DNA of 63,837 nucleotides, the filler included, from Phoronis australis (taxonomy: Eukaryota; Animalia; Phoronida): NCBI GenBank assembly GCA_002633005.1. It is 10 parts of 10 records of this genome, joined end to end, with 100 filler letters (N's around TTAATTAATTAA, not from the genome) between each part and the next. Parts side by side here need not be neighbours in the genome. Positions count along the whole stretch, not along the records: positions 1 to 17,105 come from NMRA01000601.1; positions 17,206 to 21,091 come from NMRA01002791.1; positions 21,192 to 24,219 come from NMRA01003269.1; 7 more parts are not named here. One strand, 5' to 3'. The translations under genes and the position numbers were made by a program. Positions 12,459 to 23,210 of the stretch are shown piece after piece (position 1 is the stretch's first letter; every line of letters begins with the position of its first letter). The notes beneath the pieces are model-generated. The model had not been told where the DNA came from. It made no database searches and saw only the letters and a list, made by a program, of their open reading frames with translations.

Positions 12459-13236
12459 ATCTTGCAATTTGGAAAAATATATGCCTTTATTTGTAATGTT
12501 ACATTTTAAGCTTATTTCTAGTGCTGCTTCAGCAATATGACTATTACCGTGGTGTCCCGTTTATGTTAATAAAAGTTCTGCGTAAAAATTACGGCTTTAG
12601 AGGGCATTCTTAAGACTCATAAAATGTCTAAAATGTCCATTCTCAGTAAAAAATTAGGGCTCTAGAGGGGGTTCATGCCACTCATAAAATTTCCGCAAAA
12701 AGCATCGGCTTCTATGAACCAGATTTGACACTATTGTAACTGTTCAATAGATGTCAACTGAATGTGGCAGAGAATGTTGTGGAAATTTTGTATATTCGAA
12801 ATATGATACGACATACTTGAAAATTCTTAGCATGCCTTGTGTTTGAGAGCAAGAGTACATTACTGTGTTGATGTCACATGACAGAAATGACGGTCATAAA
12901 GCAACATTTTCTTGTAGCAAGGCAATCTGCCTTTGAAAATGGAAAACGACGACAATTTTCGTAATTATTATTTTTGTGCGAAATAGGTGAGCAATTACCG
13001 TAGTAATCTCTATCAAGACTGCCCTGGTAGAGTTCAGAAACCCTAGCACCTAGTTGTAAAGCAGGACTTTGCGAGGTTACGTAAGAAATTGCCGTGTATC
13101 TTAGATGAGAACAAGTGATTTTGGCTTAGGTTTTCGCGAGGGCCTATAGTGTTACTGAACTCATACCTCTCTCGTTGGGTAACAGAAGTTGACCTTCAAC
13201 TACGTACACGGCTTCCTTAGTTGCAAAATAATGAAA

Positions 13237-13357
13237 CTGTAGTATTGGTGCCGCCGCTGTAGTATTGGTGCCGCCGCTGTAGTATTGGTGCCGCCGCTGT
13301 AGTATTGGTGCCGCCGCTGTAGTATTGGTGCCGCCGCTGTAGTATTGGTGCCGCTGT
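13237..13357. repeat. 20-bp minisatellite, duplicate copy
   Basis: Same unit and copy number as 5597-5717. Confidence 0.97.
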
Positions 13358-14771
13358 TCAGTCAATACTTTCAATGACTTGTCTGGCTACATTTTAAAGT
13401 ACGGACGCAACAATATTCTCACGGCCAAAAAGCTGTCTCAGAAATGAATATAGTATTTAAATAATATATAAATACTTTCTGGAATAAATTCTGCAATATT
13501 TTGGAGATCGAAAATTTCGCTTTTGTACATTTAAGCGACCGATTTTTGACTCTCATGCTTTCTAGTTTGATTGTATTTGTGTACACAAAGTGGTGAAAAC
13601 ATTTGCTTCAACGAATCTACCGCTCGGGTTAGCGCCCAGTTTTTAAAAGCCTCATGTTCTACTAACGCGACTCCTGTTTTTTAATTTTTCTATTGAAAAG
13701 GTAATAACCCACAGTCTGTGAAAAAGACAATTTTTAAATATCTATTTGCTTTTTGTATAGTTGCATACATACAATAAACAAGTCTTGATCTGGGTTCAAA
13801 CCTGAACCGAGAAAACTATTTATGGATTAGGGCTAAGAAAGTTTGTAATACTGCTTTAATCGTACATTTTAATAATCATGTGTCGGTATACAATAATAAA
13901 TTTGTTATTTCAAAATGTCAAAGAAGTGAAATACAACTTTATATGTTAGCAAATTAAACAATTATCTATTCCTATATCTGTGGAAGCTTGCCCTGGCGAG
14001 GCAGTTAAATCCTTCATCGTTTCATTTACGTCCATTTACCGTTGACAATAAACTATCCTCATGGTGACAAGATCTGGACCTCGAATTATAATGGTCTATA
14101 ACACAACTGAGGTCCATTGACGGAAAACTGTACACCCAACGGCTTATTAAATTTCACCGAGGGTACTTCTCAGTCTCAGAGTTTTTTACCTTGCAGGTAT
14201 CCCTTGTATGCATCTTGCTCCGATGGTATTTTTGGAAGGTCAACGAAGTGGTGTTGTCTCGGATGCGTTGTTTTATCATCATACGGCATTGTTTCGGTCG
14301 CAAAGCCTTTTCCCAATGCGAGAGGCCCCTGGGTTGGGTCTACCAGTTGCGAGTTGACAAACAGAACCGAATCGAGTTTAATTTAAAGCGGCAACAAACT
14401 GGCGATAGAAACTATCACTTCAGTGATTTAGCCCACTTACCGCTAAAACTGGTCTCAACTTGTAACTCAATATGAAGTGATTTTCGGTCGTACAAATATC
14501 TAACTGTTCAATCTATAGCGTGAGATCATGCTCGCGGCCAACAAAATGCGTGACAAGTCAACGTGTACAGTCGGCCTTGACTCTTGAAAGCAATAGTGAC
14601 GAACCCCCGGCTCCGTACAAACCCAAAAAATAGACCTGTTTTGACGAAGGAAATTTTTATACCAACTTATAACGATAAGTGATCTTTGTAAAGAACTGCG
14701 TTTTGTGACGGAAGACGGATCGAATTATAATCTATTGAATAAACATTTTCTCAAAAATTTCGCGTATCGTT

Positions 14772-15494
14772 TCAAGCAAACCAACATTTCCACTTGTATG
14801 GCACTACATAATTCCACGACAAAGGATACCTCATTTTTAAGAACTTTACATACTTGTGTGGAACATTTACCCTTGTGCCCAAAAAGTGCACGTGCTGAAG
14901 AGGAAATACCATAGAGTATTCTAACATTGTTTCACCAAGAACCTGTAACAGAAATAATCGAGTTTTCGGAATCACATTGTTATGGTCCCGAACTTCTGGA
15001 TTCGGCATATACTGGCATAATCTGTCACCACGACATTTTTTCCAAAAGAACATATCCATATTTACTGTAACGGATTCCGAGGCTGTTCTTACTAAATACG
15101 AAGCCCCTCGATAGTTTGTCCTGATTCCGTATTTGGCCAATTTATCCTTAAACTGGGTTTGAAACACACTTTCCTCTTCGTCGGTTCCTCCTAAGCGGCT
15201 GAAATCAACATCACCGTCGTGTCGAATTATGTCTCTGTTTCTGTAATAGCCTAGCAGGCTGCCATAGTCCAACCAATAACTCTGGTTTAAAGAATTTAAG
15301 ACTTCGGCCACTGTCCTCAGAACAAAGCGCATTTTCGTCATTTTTAAGTCGCTCAACACACAGTCGTCGTTGTAATAATGGAAACCAAACGGCATTACTA
15401 TTGAGTGTAGAATGAATATAAATAGGCCGCTAACTATTGGTAAGAACATGCACGTTCTTCCGTGGCGAAATCGCAACTTTTTGACGACGTTCAT
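14772..15494 (-). CDS. LicD-family type II membrane protein, copy 2
   Basis: Intact ORF from ATG at 15494 (MNVVKKLRFRHG...), same YWLDYGSLLGYYR..DIIRHDGDVD motif; paralog of 7125-7910. Confidence 0.85.
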   Translation of the reverse strand: MNVVKKLRFRHGRTCMFLPIVSGLFIFILHSIVMPFGFHYYNDDCVLSDLKMTKMRFVLRTVAEVLNSLNQSYWLDYGSLLGYYRNRDIIRHDGDVDFSRLGGTDEEESVFQTQFKDKLAKYGIRTNYRGASYLVRTASESVTVNMDMFFWKKCRGDRLCQYMPNPEVRDHNNVIPKTRLFLLQVLGETMLEYSMVFPLQHVHFLGTRVNVPHKYVKFLKMRYPLSWNYVVPYKWKCWFA

Positions 15495-16409
15495 GCTCCA
15501 CTTGTTATGAAAGGGTTGCAATGAAAGCGTTCAGCGATAAACGACAAACACGTCAGTTCAAAGTTTGTTTGCTGTGCGTGAACTTGGAATCCTGATTAAT
15601 CTCAAAATTTCCCCTTTACCGTAACTTGTGACAAAGAATCGGAGGAATATTCGAATGGTAAAATCAAGGAGTGTAGTAGTCCTTGGTTAAATTAATTATT
15701 GTTTGGTGAATAAGATCGCCAATAGTTAGGTTAAAATTTATGTCAATTTATTGAAATGTGATTTGATTTAGTGAGGTGCAAATTTTATCAACGTGAACGT
15801 GATTATTTGACTGAACTTGTCAAATTTTACCGTGTATTCCAAGTTCACGCATACGCGATCTTGAGATTCTAAGCAAGATTCCTGGTTCACGCACAGCACG
15901 TGAATGCTGACCTGTCTTATATGGTTCTACTCCTTTAACCCCGGGTCACTCATATTGACAAGGTGCCCGCAGGCGTGTACCAAAAATTGTGGGTAGGCGG
16001 TACTTTTCAATAAGTTTTGCGTGTCCCGCGCGGTGTCCAATGGGCCCCTAAATTCCCATTTTGTCTCCGTGAAGCAGGTTATTCTACCCCGCAAAAGAGG
16101 GTGGGAGTTAGCAGACCTGGCACCCGCAATGGGGGGGGGGGGTCTCTTAGAAGTTTTTGTTGCATGCCTGCTTGCATCTTGTCAACATGAGTGACCCCAG
16201 GGCCTTCAACTACGTTCACGGCTTTCACCCTTTGCTTTGGTTGCAAAATAATTAAACTGTATAGTTGCTGCTGTTCAGTCAATACTTTCGTAAGCTTGTC
16301 TGACTACATCTTCAAACACTGACGCAACAACGGAAAGAATGTTATTTATATGTCCTCGAACACAAACGCGCGTTCATTTAGGCCTGGACAAAGTACATGT
16401 AGCGAACTA

Positions 16410-17105
16410 ACCAACATTTCCACTTGTATGGCACTACATAATTCCACGACAAAGGATACCTCATTTTTAAGAACTTTACATACTTGTGTGGAACATTTAC
16501 CCTTGTGCCCAGAAACTGCACGTGCTGAAGAGGAAATACGATAGAGTATTTTTAGACTGTTTCACCAAGAACCTGCCAGTGTAACAGAAATAATGGAGTT
16601 TTTGCAATCACATTGATATGGTCCCATGCTTCTGGATTCGGCATATCCTGGCATAATCTGTCACCAAGTCATTTTCTCCAGAAGAACATATCAATATTTA
16701 CCGTATGTGATTCGGAGGCCGTTCTTACTGAAAACGAAGCTCCTAGATAGTTTGTCCTGATTTTGTATTTGGCCAATTCATCCCTAAACTTCAGTTGAAA
16801 CACCTTTTCCTCTTCGTCTGTTCCTCCTAAGCGGCTGAAATCAACATCACCGTCGTGTCGAATTATGTCTCTGTTTCAGTAATAGCCTAGCAGGCTGCCA
16901 TAGTCCAACCAATAACTTTGGTTTAAAGAATTTTAGACTTCGGCTACTGTCATCAGCATCAAGAGCATTTTCATCATTTTTAAGTCGCCCAACACACAGT
17001 CGTCGTGGTAATAATGGATACCAAACAGCATTATTATTGTGTGCAGAATGAATATAACTACGGCGCTAACTATTGGTAAGAACATGCAAATACGTTTTTC
17101 TACGG
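16410..17105 (-). pseudogene. LicD-family copy 3, pseudogene, 5' end truncated by contig end
   Basis: Colinear with copies 1 and 2 but with in-frame stops (TTA>TAA near 16935, AGA>TGA near 16878) and small indels near 16550-16580. Confidence 0.85.
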
Positions 17106-17205
17106 NNNNNNNNNNNNNNNNNNNNNNNNNNNNNNNNNNNNNNNNNNNNTTAATTAATTAANNNNNNNNNNNNNNNNNNNNNNNNNNNNNNNNNNNNNNN
17201 NNNNN
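17106..17205. other. Artificial contig linker (N44-TTAATTAATTAA-N44); also at 21092, 24220, 35956, 38364, 51868, 54205, 59146 and 62264
   Basis: Nine identical 100-bp spacers with stop codons in all six frames. Confidence 0.97.
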
Positions 17206-17376
17206 TATCTTTTGCCGGGTGCTCAAATTTTCTGAGACTAGGGATTGTCAGAGTTGTAAGGTAGAAGCAAGGAGTGTAGTAGAGTAGGAAAGCTCACTTG
17301 TGAGTTCGCTGTTACCGCTACTACTAGCGCCGCCAAGTGGTGGCTAAGCAACGGTCACCCAGGAAGCGCCAAAACA

Positions 17377-18260
17377 ATGGGGAAGGCCGCATTTTACAGT
17401 GCTATAAATTGCATAAATTCATCCACGAAAACCCCTGACGTGCCAGAAAGGTAAGGATTATCTGTTATTCATTTTGTCTTTCGTATTGTATGTTCACGGT
17501 TTCAAGACAAGTCGGTCGCAATCCCTGTGCCACTGTTGCGGGCTAGGCCTACTGCAGAGCCGGGCTGCCGGCGGAAGGACTACAATTAACGATGTGATCG
17601 TCTGCTTTTTGGATACTTTGCAGTCCATGTATACCAAATCAAAATGTCACCCGAACGATACTACGGATAATTTTAGGAAAATATATCCATGGCCATGGGT
17701 GAATGACTGGTGACATGGCCGCCATCACAGCCACAGGGCGGCCTCAAGACTGTCATGAGTCAAGTTAGAGAATATGTGGGTCTCGGTGAAATGATAAAAA
17801 ATTCGACATAATATTAATGTATCAATTGACCCAAGTTGAACAGCGTGTCAATGAAAACTTAATTCTATGCGCCAATGATGCGGGGACGCGGCCCTTAAAA
17901 TATCCGTGGATCGACATTTGAGTCCTAGTTTTTTTAGTTAACACCAATGCAGTGTTGTCTCTATCACAAGCACACTAGTGTAGTGTAGTGTAGTTTAAAG
18001 TAGTGTAGTGTAGTGTAGGGTAGGCTACCAGTCTTCTATGAACCTGGTGAGTATGAGGTTTGTTCCTGAGTCTCTCATTGACTTCTGTTCAGGTGCAAGT
18101 GCTGGGAGCTGACCTTATGAATAGAGAAGCAGCCTATTGGTCCAAGAACTGCAAGTAATGCTCTCGTCACTTCAAGGAGTCCATGTTCGTGAATTCTTTG
18201 AAGCACAAGCTGGTATCGAATGCAGTGCCAACAATATTTGATGTCCCGAATTCACTAAAA
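17377..18260 (+). pseudogene. Degenerate spliced THAP zinc-finger domain (THAP12/PRKRIR-like, probably a DNA-transposon relic)
   Basis: Exon 1 17377-17450 MGKAAFYSAINCINSSTKTPDVPER|gtaag. Exon 2 from 18093 RCKCW..DLMNREAAYWSKNCK*CSRHFKESMFVNSLKHKLVSNAVPTIFDVPN has the CSxHF and AVPTIF THAP hallmarks, with a stop and a frameshift. Confidence 0.8.
17977..18018. repeat. (AGTGT)n microsatellite
   Basis: Interrupted pentamer repeat. Confidence 0.8.
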
Positions 18261-18784
18261 ATGAAGATGTCAAAAAGTTCTCCGGAGATTATGTACATTC
18301 CGGCTCTGGATTAGACTTTTTTGCATGTCTGATTATCGTCTCACAAAGCAAGTACTGTGACATTACATGTACAGCACACATCACGAATTTTTGGCCGACC
18401 GGTCGGAAATTGGTCGACGACCGGCCGTCGACCGGTCGGCNTTACTTCATTTTTTAAAGAAAATGGAACCTGAGTGGCGATGAAAAAACAGAAGCTGCTG
18501 GTAAGATGTGAATTTTAGTGAATCACTCAGAAACTCGCAATACTCTCTTTGTCAAACCTTATCTTAAGACGGTTTCCAAAGCAATCCCGTCATTATTGCC
18601 AACACAAAAAATGGATTTGGTCATTTGGAGACTATTTCAAATGCGACAAATTTGTTAAGAATTGATGGCACAAAATATAAAACGTGTAATAAGCATTACA
18701 AAAAGAAGTAGGTTACGCGCGCAAACGCTGTGGCCCATAAACAAGTACATGTAAGTCTTTTAGTATATGAGTTGAAATTAAATC

Positions 18785-18862
18785 GTGGTGGTGTATTGGT
18801 AACGCACGCGCGCTCAACCCGCTAGGTCGTGAGTTCGAGTCTTCAACACTTGCATTTTTTTC
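18785..18862 (+). ncRNA. tRNA-like Pol III unit (tRNA pseudogene or SINE head)
   Basis: A-box-like TGGTGTATTGG and B-box GTTCGAGTC at tRNA spacing, followed by a T-run; cloverleaf poorly paired. Confidence 0.4.
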
Positions 18863-20344
18863 CTGTTTGACACGTTCTCCGCGTTTTTTTTTTGCCTTTT
18901 TTTCTTGGATAATACTTCAGGAATCAAGGAAAATGCTTGATTTTTAGAGGTAAAAACAGAAAAATTTCCTGGGGCAAACCCCCCTCCCGACCTCCCCCCA
19001 TTCGGTGCTATGCGCATCTACAATCGTGGTTCAGTTTGCACAAATGCTTCCAGACGGACAAAATGTTGGCCCCCCCCTTGTGATATCCTAGATCCGCCAC
19101 TGTTATATGAAGAATATGTAATTATATTTATTGTGGAGGCTTAATCTACATTGACGGGATTTAATGCCAGGTAAATAGTACATGTTATTGGAACCCAGCA
19201 TTTGCAATATAGTAAGTACAATACAAAAACCCCAGAGTAAATCTTTGATACCAAACTTTGAATACCTGTACAACTAGAGTTGCTTAGTGCCCATGCGGTA
19301 ACTTTTGTGTTGATTTATCCATTTGTATCTGTAAATATCTCTCTTAAAACATTTCTCCTGACATTTTTGTTCAAAAAAGTCTAAATTCTGAGTTTAAACA
19401 ACGCTTGGAAGCAGAAGTTCGAAGAACTATTGAATGTTATAAAATACAGCTGGGCTATACAAACATATCCTACAGCTTTGTGTATGTAAAGAAAATAACA
19501 AATTCATATGATCAAATCAGGTGGTAAGTAATGCTGCACTGTAGTAAATCAAGTTTTAAAAAGTATTTGTTAGCAACATCACCGGGTCTTAAAAGTGACT
19601 TAAAAGACTAATTCAGAAACTTGATCTGACGCTCCTCATAATTACAGTAGTATTTTATAAAAATACTTAAATCCAACTTGAGCAAAAATCCAAAGTGTGT
19701 GAGAATATACAAATAACTGTTGGTTACTGAGATGATTTTAAGACCGATTATCGGTACTAGTAAAGACCGAAGACCAAATTCAGAAAATCAGCATGTCAGT
19801 AACACTATGTCTGTTTTTGGTGTTTTGTCTTATAACAAGGAGTTTAGTCCTTGCTTGTAATACTTAGAAAGGATGTATTTGTGTCAGTCATAGATTATTG
19901 ACAACAGATTCGCAACTCCGACATTTTCTTACGTGCTAGCCAAGAGGCACCCCCAGGCTCCTGACCTTTCTGGTACATTTTCCGGTTAGTGTATTTTAAA
20001 GAGAAATATTTGCATCTACATTACTGTCCAGTACAACGAAAAAATATTAATTTCGGCATTGAAACGCTGTTCAAAGTCTTTCAATAGTATAAGTGATGGT
20101 ATCGTGAGCACTTTTGGCAATGTTGCTGGTAAGAAATTAGAAAATTCAAACTTCGGTGCCGACTGATTAAGTCGTCTGCTTGCCCAATAGCATAGCAGCA
20201 TAGTTATCGGACAGTTTGTGATTTATGGTTCACATAGGCCTACTGAGAAAACTACGAAACCATGTTTGTGCACACTGAGTTCCAAGGACTACCAGTGAAT
20301 GCAAAAGACACATACATGTAACGTTTTTGGTTTAGAAAAATATC

Positions 20345-20565
20345 AATTTTGTTCGAATTTAAAAATGCACCTCTGCAACGATTTGACTATTTTAACCTTT
20401 GCATGCTTATAATTCAACATACTCAAGTGAGCAGTTCTTCTGGGGAGTGTTGGGNAATTTTGTTCGAATTTAAAAATGCACCTCTGCAACGATTTGACTA
20501 TTTTAACCTTTGCATGCTTATAATTCAACATTCTCAAGTGAGCAGTTCTTCTGGGGAGTGTTGGG
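20345..20565. repeat. 110-bp direct duplication separated by a single n (assembly overlap)
   Basis: 20345-20454 repeats from 20456; n at 20455. Confidence 0.8.
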
Positions 20566-20587
20566 TGGCCTTTAAAAAGGCCGCTGG
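20542..20587 (-). promoter_or_regulatory. Histone-type mRNA 3' processing signal (stem-loop plus HDE)
   Basis: Minus strand reads CCAGC-GGCCTT-TTTA-AAGGCC-ACCCA-ACACTCCCC-AGAAGAACTG; stem-loop at 20567-20582. Confidence 0.75.
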
Positions 20588-20633
20588 TTGTAGGTATAGC
20601 GTGGAATGGTTCTTAAAAGAACAGTTGAATAAT

Positions 20634-20946
20634 TCAACATAAATCACACATTTTACCGTGCTCACTCGAGTACGGAAGGTCCTCTTCATTCAAGTTTCCA
20701 TCTGGGAAGGTTGGATGAAAACAGAGGAGATGGCAATATCGATGACAGTTGTAACACCTTATATAAATGATACCGTTCTCCAACGTTATCACGGACCCTG
20801 CCTCTTTCAGTTCTCGTTCCTGGATTCAGAAGTAACCCTGAACTATAGGGAAAAAAGAAATACAACGAAAAGGAATCAAATTTTGAAAATCATCGCCTTC
20901 GTACGATTCCGTGTTGCTGTCGCCAGACTGATGTTCTTCCCAACAT
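20634..20946 (-). pseudogene. Small intronless PHD-finger-like ORF, degenerate
   Basis: One frame reads EEHQSGDSNTESYEGDDFQNLIPFRCISFFPIVQGYF*IQERELKEAGSVITLENGIIYIRCYNCHRYCHLLCFHPTFPDGNLNEEDLPYSSEHGKMCDLC*, i.e. CxxC-x4-HxxC...CxxC. One internal TGA at 20826-20828; ATG at 20946 is one base out of frame. Confidence 0.6.
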
Positions 20947-21813
20947 CAATCGACGTTACAAGTGATGGAAATTTTTGTCCTTTGTTTCTAACTTTTAACC
21001 CATTTTTTAAGAAAGGGGGTTACTGATTTTGTCTAACGTTGATAGAGCATAACTTTTGTTTTTTACAATGCATTAATTGTGTTGAATGCATNNNNNNNNN
21101 NNNNNNNNNNNNNNNNNNNNNNNNNNNNNNNNNNNTTAATTAATTAANNNNNNNNNNNNNNNNNNNNNNNNNNNNNNNNNNNNNNNNNNNNACCAGAGCA
21201 TAAACAAAACCAGATGGATGAGGCTGATTCCACAGAGACATCACTCATAGACATGCTTATCAGGCAGTATATCTTGTAGTACAGTCCTGGAACCTACGGA
21301 GTGGCTATCAAGTTGGAAATTACATTGGAGGTTAACTTAACTTTTATATTTACTAGCTGGTGCCCAAGCACAGGACTACAGGGAAAGATGTCACAGTGAG
21401 TAGAAAACGCCTGGATGACAACACTGAATTTTTTAAGGTTGAAATAATTAAATAGAGGCGATTACAAAAACAGTTGGTCTTGGTAAAACTCATCACCATG
21501 AGTAAGACCCAGAATGATAGTATGTAGAACTGCACGACAATGTGTCACAGGAGTGCTCCAAGTTTAATATCACTTCAGACTTACGAACAGTGCACACTTT
21601 GTGACAAAAGCCAGAATTTTATGTTTAAGAACTATAAGCCAGAACACGGGTTTGAGAGAAAGACTTTCAAGGTTTTTGAAATCGAACAAAAAATAACTAA
21701 GCAAGTTTCATGGCGAAAGTTTAAGCAATTCTGCATTGACCCAGATATAGGGCAACACTAAGTTTTGATGCGATCGTCTGTTTATCTCAGAGCCTTAGTA
21801 ACTAAGTATAGAA

Positions 21814-23210
21814 TTTTTATGAGTCCACATCTTTATTATGTGCAGTCATCTCATCTCCATCTGTGCGTCCGGCGTCGGCTGCTCTATCTCCAAAACGCCT
21901 TGACGTATGTTCATGAAATTTTGCACAATGTGTTCCTTCCGTAGATGGGATGGCATGGGCGAACTTTTGAAGCGGACTGATAACGATGATTTTCCGACGA
22001 CTTTGACATCTGTGGCACCTCCTAGTGGCAGTTTTTTTGTGCCTACGGCCGTTTCTCCTAAACCGTTCGCAGGATCTTAACTAAATTTAGTAAGTGTATT
22101 TATATGACGTCAGCAATGGAGGACATCGACTTTCGGACAGATCTAACTACTGGTGTGCCACCTAGTGGCAATTTTATTCTTTTACGTTTGCTTCTGTATC
22201 TTCAAAGGTCCTCAACGTATTTTCATAAAATTTGGCATACAGGCATCTGTTAATGAGGTGACGCTAGCTCTCTGTTTTCAGATGAATTCGACCTACTTTG
22301 CGCCACCTAGTGGCCACTTTTACTGTTTTCGAGTCTGTTTTTGGCATCCACCGGTCTATCAACCAAACCGCTTTCAGGATAATTGTTAAAATTGGCACGT
22401 ATGATTTTACTATGAAGTGAACGGCTGACAATGATTTTCCGACAACTTCAACTATTGTAGCGCCTCCTAGTGGCAGTTTTGTTTATTGCGCTCATGACTG
22501 TATCTCCTAAACCGTTTGCAGGATCTCTACTTAGTTTAGCAAGTTTATTTATATGATGTTGACAACTGACGACCACTTTCACGGATCTAGCAATTTTAGT
22601 TTTTTACGTTTACCTCTGTATCTTCAAAGGTCCTCAACAGATTTTCATAAAATTTTGAATATAGGCACCTATTGATGAGACGATGCTATCCTCCTGTTTT
22701 TGGTTGAAATTGGGGTATTTTGCACCACCTAGTGGTCATTTTTGCTGTTTTCAAATCTTTTGGCGTCCACTCCTCTATCGACTAAATCATTCTACGGATG
22801 GTTGTGAAAATTGGCGTGTATGTTCTCAGTGTGAAGAGGACGTTTGATGATGGCGACTGACTATTGTGGCACCTCCTAGTTGTAGTTTTGTTTTGCGCCC
22901 ATAGCTACATCTCCTAAACCCACTGCAGNTTTCAAATCTTTTGGCGTCCACTCCTCTATCGACTAAATCATTCTACGGATGGTTTTGAAAATTGGCGTGT
23001 ATGTTGTCAGTGTGAAGAGGACGTTTGATGATGGCGACTGACTATTGTGGCACCTCCTAGTTATAGTTTTGTTTTGCGCCCATAGCTACATCTCCTAAAC
23101 CCACTGCAGGATCTTCATTAAATTTAGTAAGTGTATTTATATGAACATAACAACAGACAGTGACAACTTTTAGGCGGATCCAATGGACGCTGCGCCCACA
23201 AGTGGCATTT
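21814..23210 (+). mobile_element. Helentron-associated (HINE/DINE-1-like) non-autonomous element with internal ~145-bp tandem repeats
   Basis: 5' TTTTATGAGTCCACAT..ATGTG inverted motif, cgtcc repeat, then repeated cc(a/t)cctagtggc units; same family at 25740-25900, 56860-57370, 59246-60121, 63580-63837. Confidence 0.65.

Larger units (their letters stand above)
10765..15900. repeat. Segmental duplication unit B
   Basis: See unit A; right boundary approximate. Confidence 0.95.

Noticed and set aside
17106-17205. Recurring TTAATTAATTAA palindrome as a biological motif
   Set aside because: Always centred in exactly 100-bp N blocks; an artificial linker.
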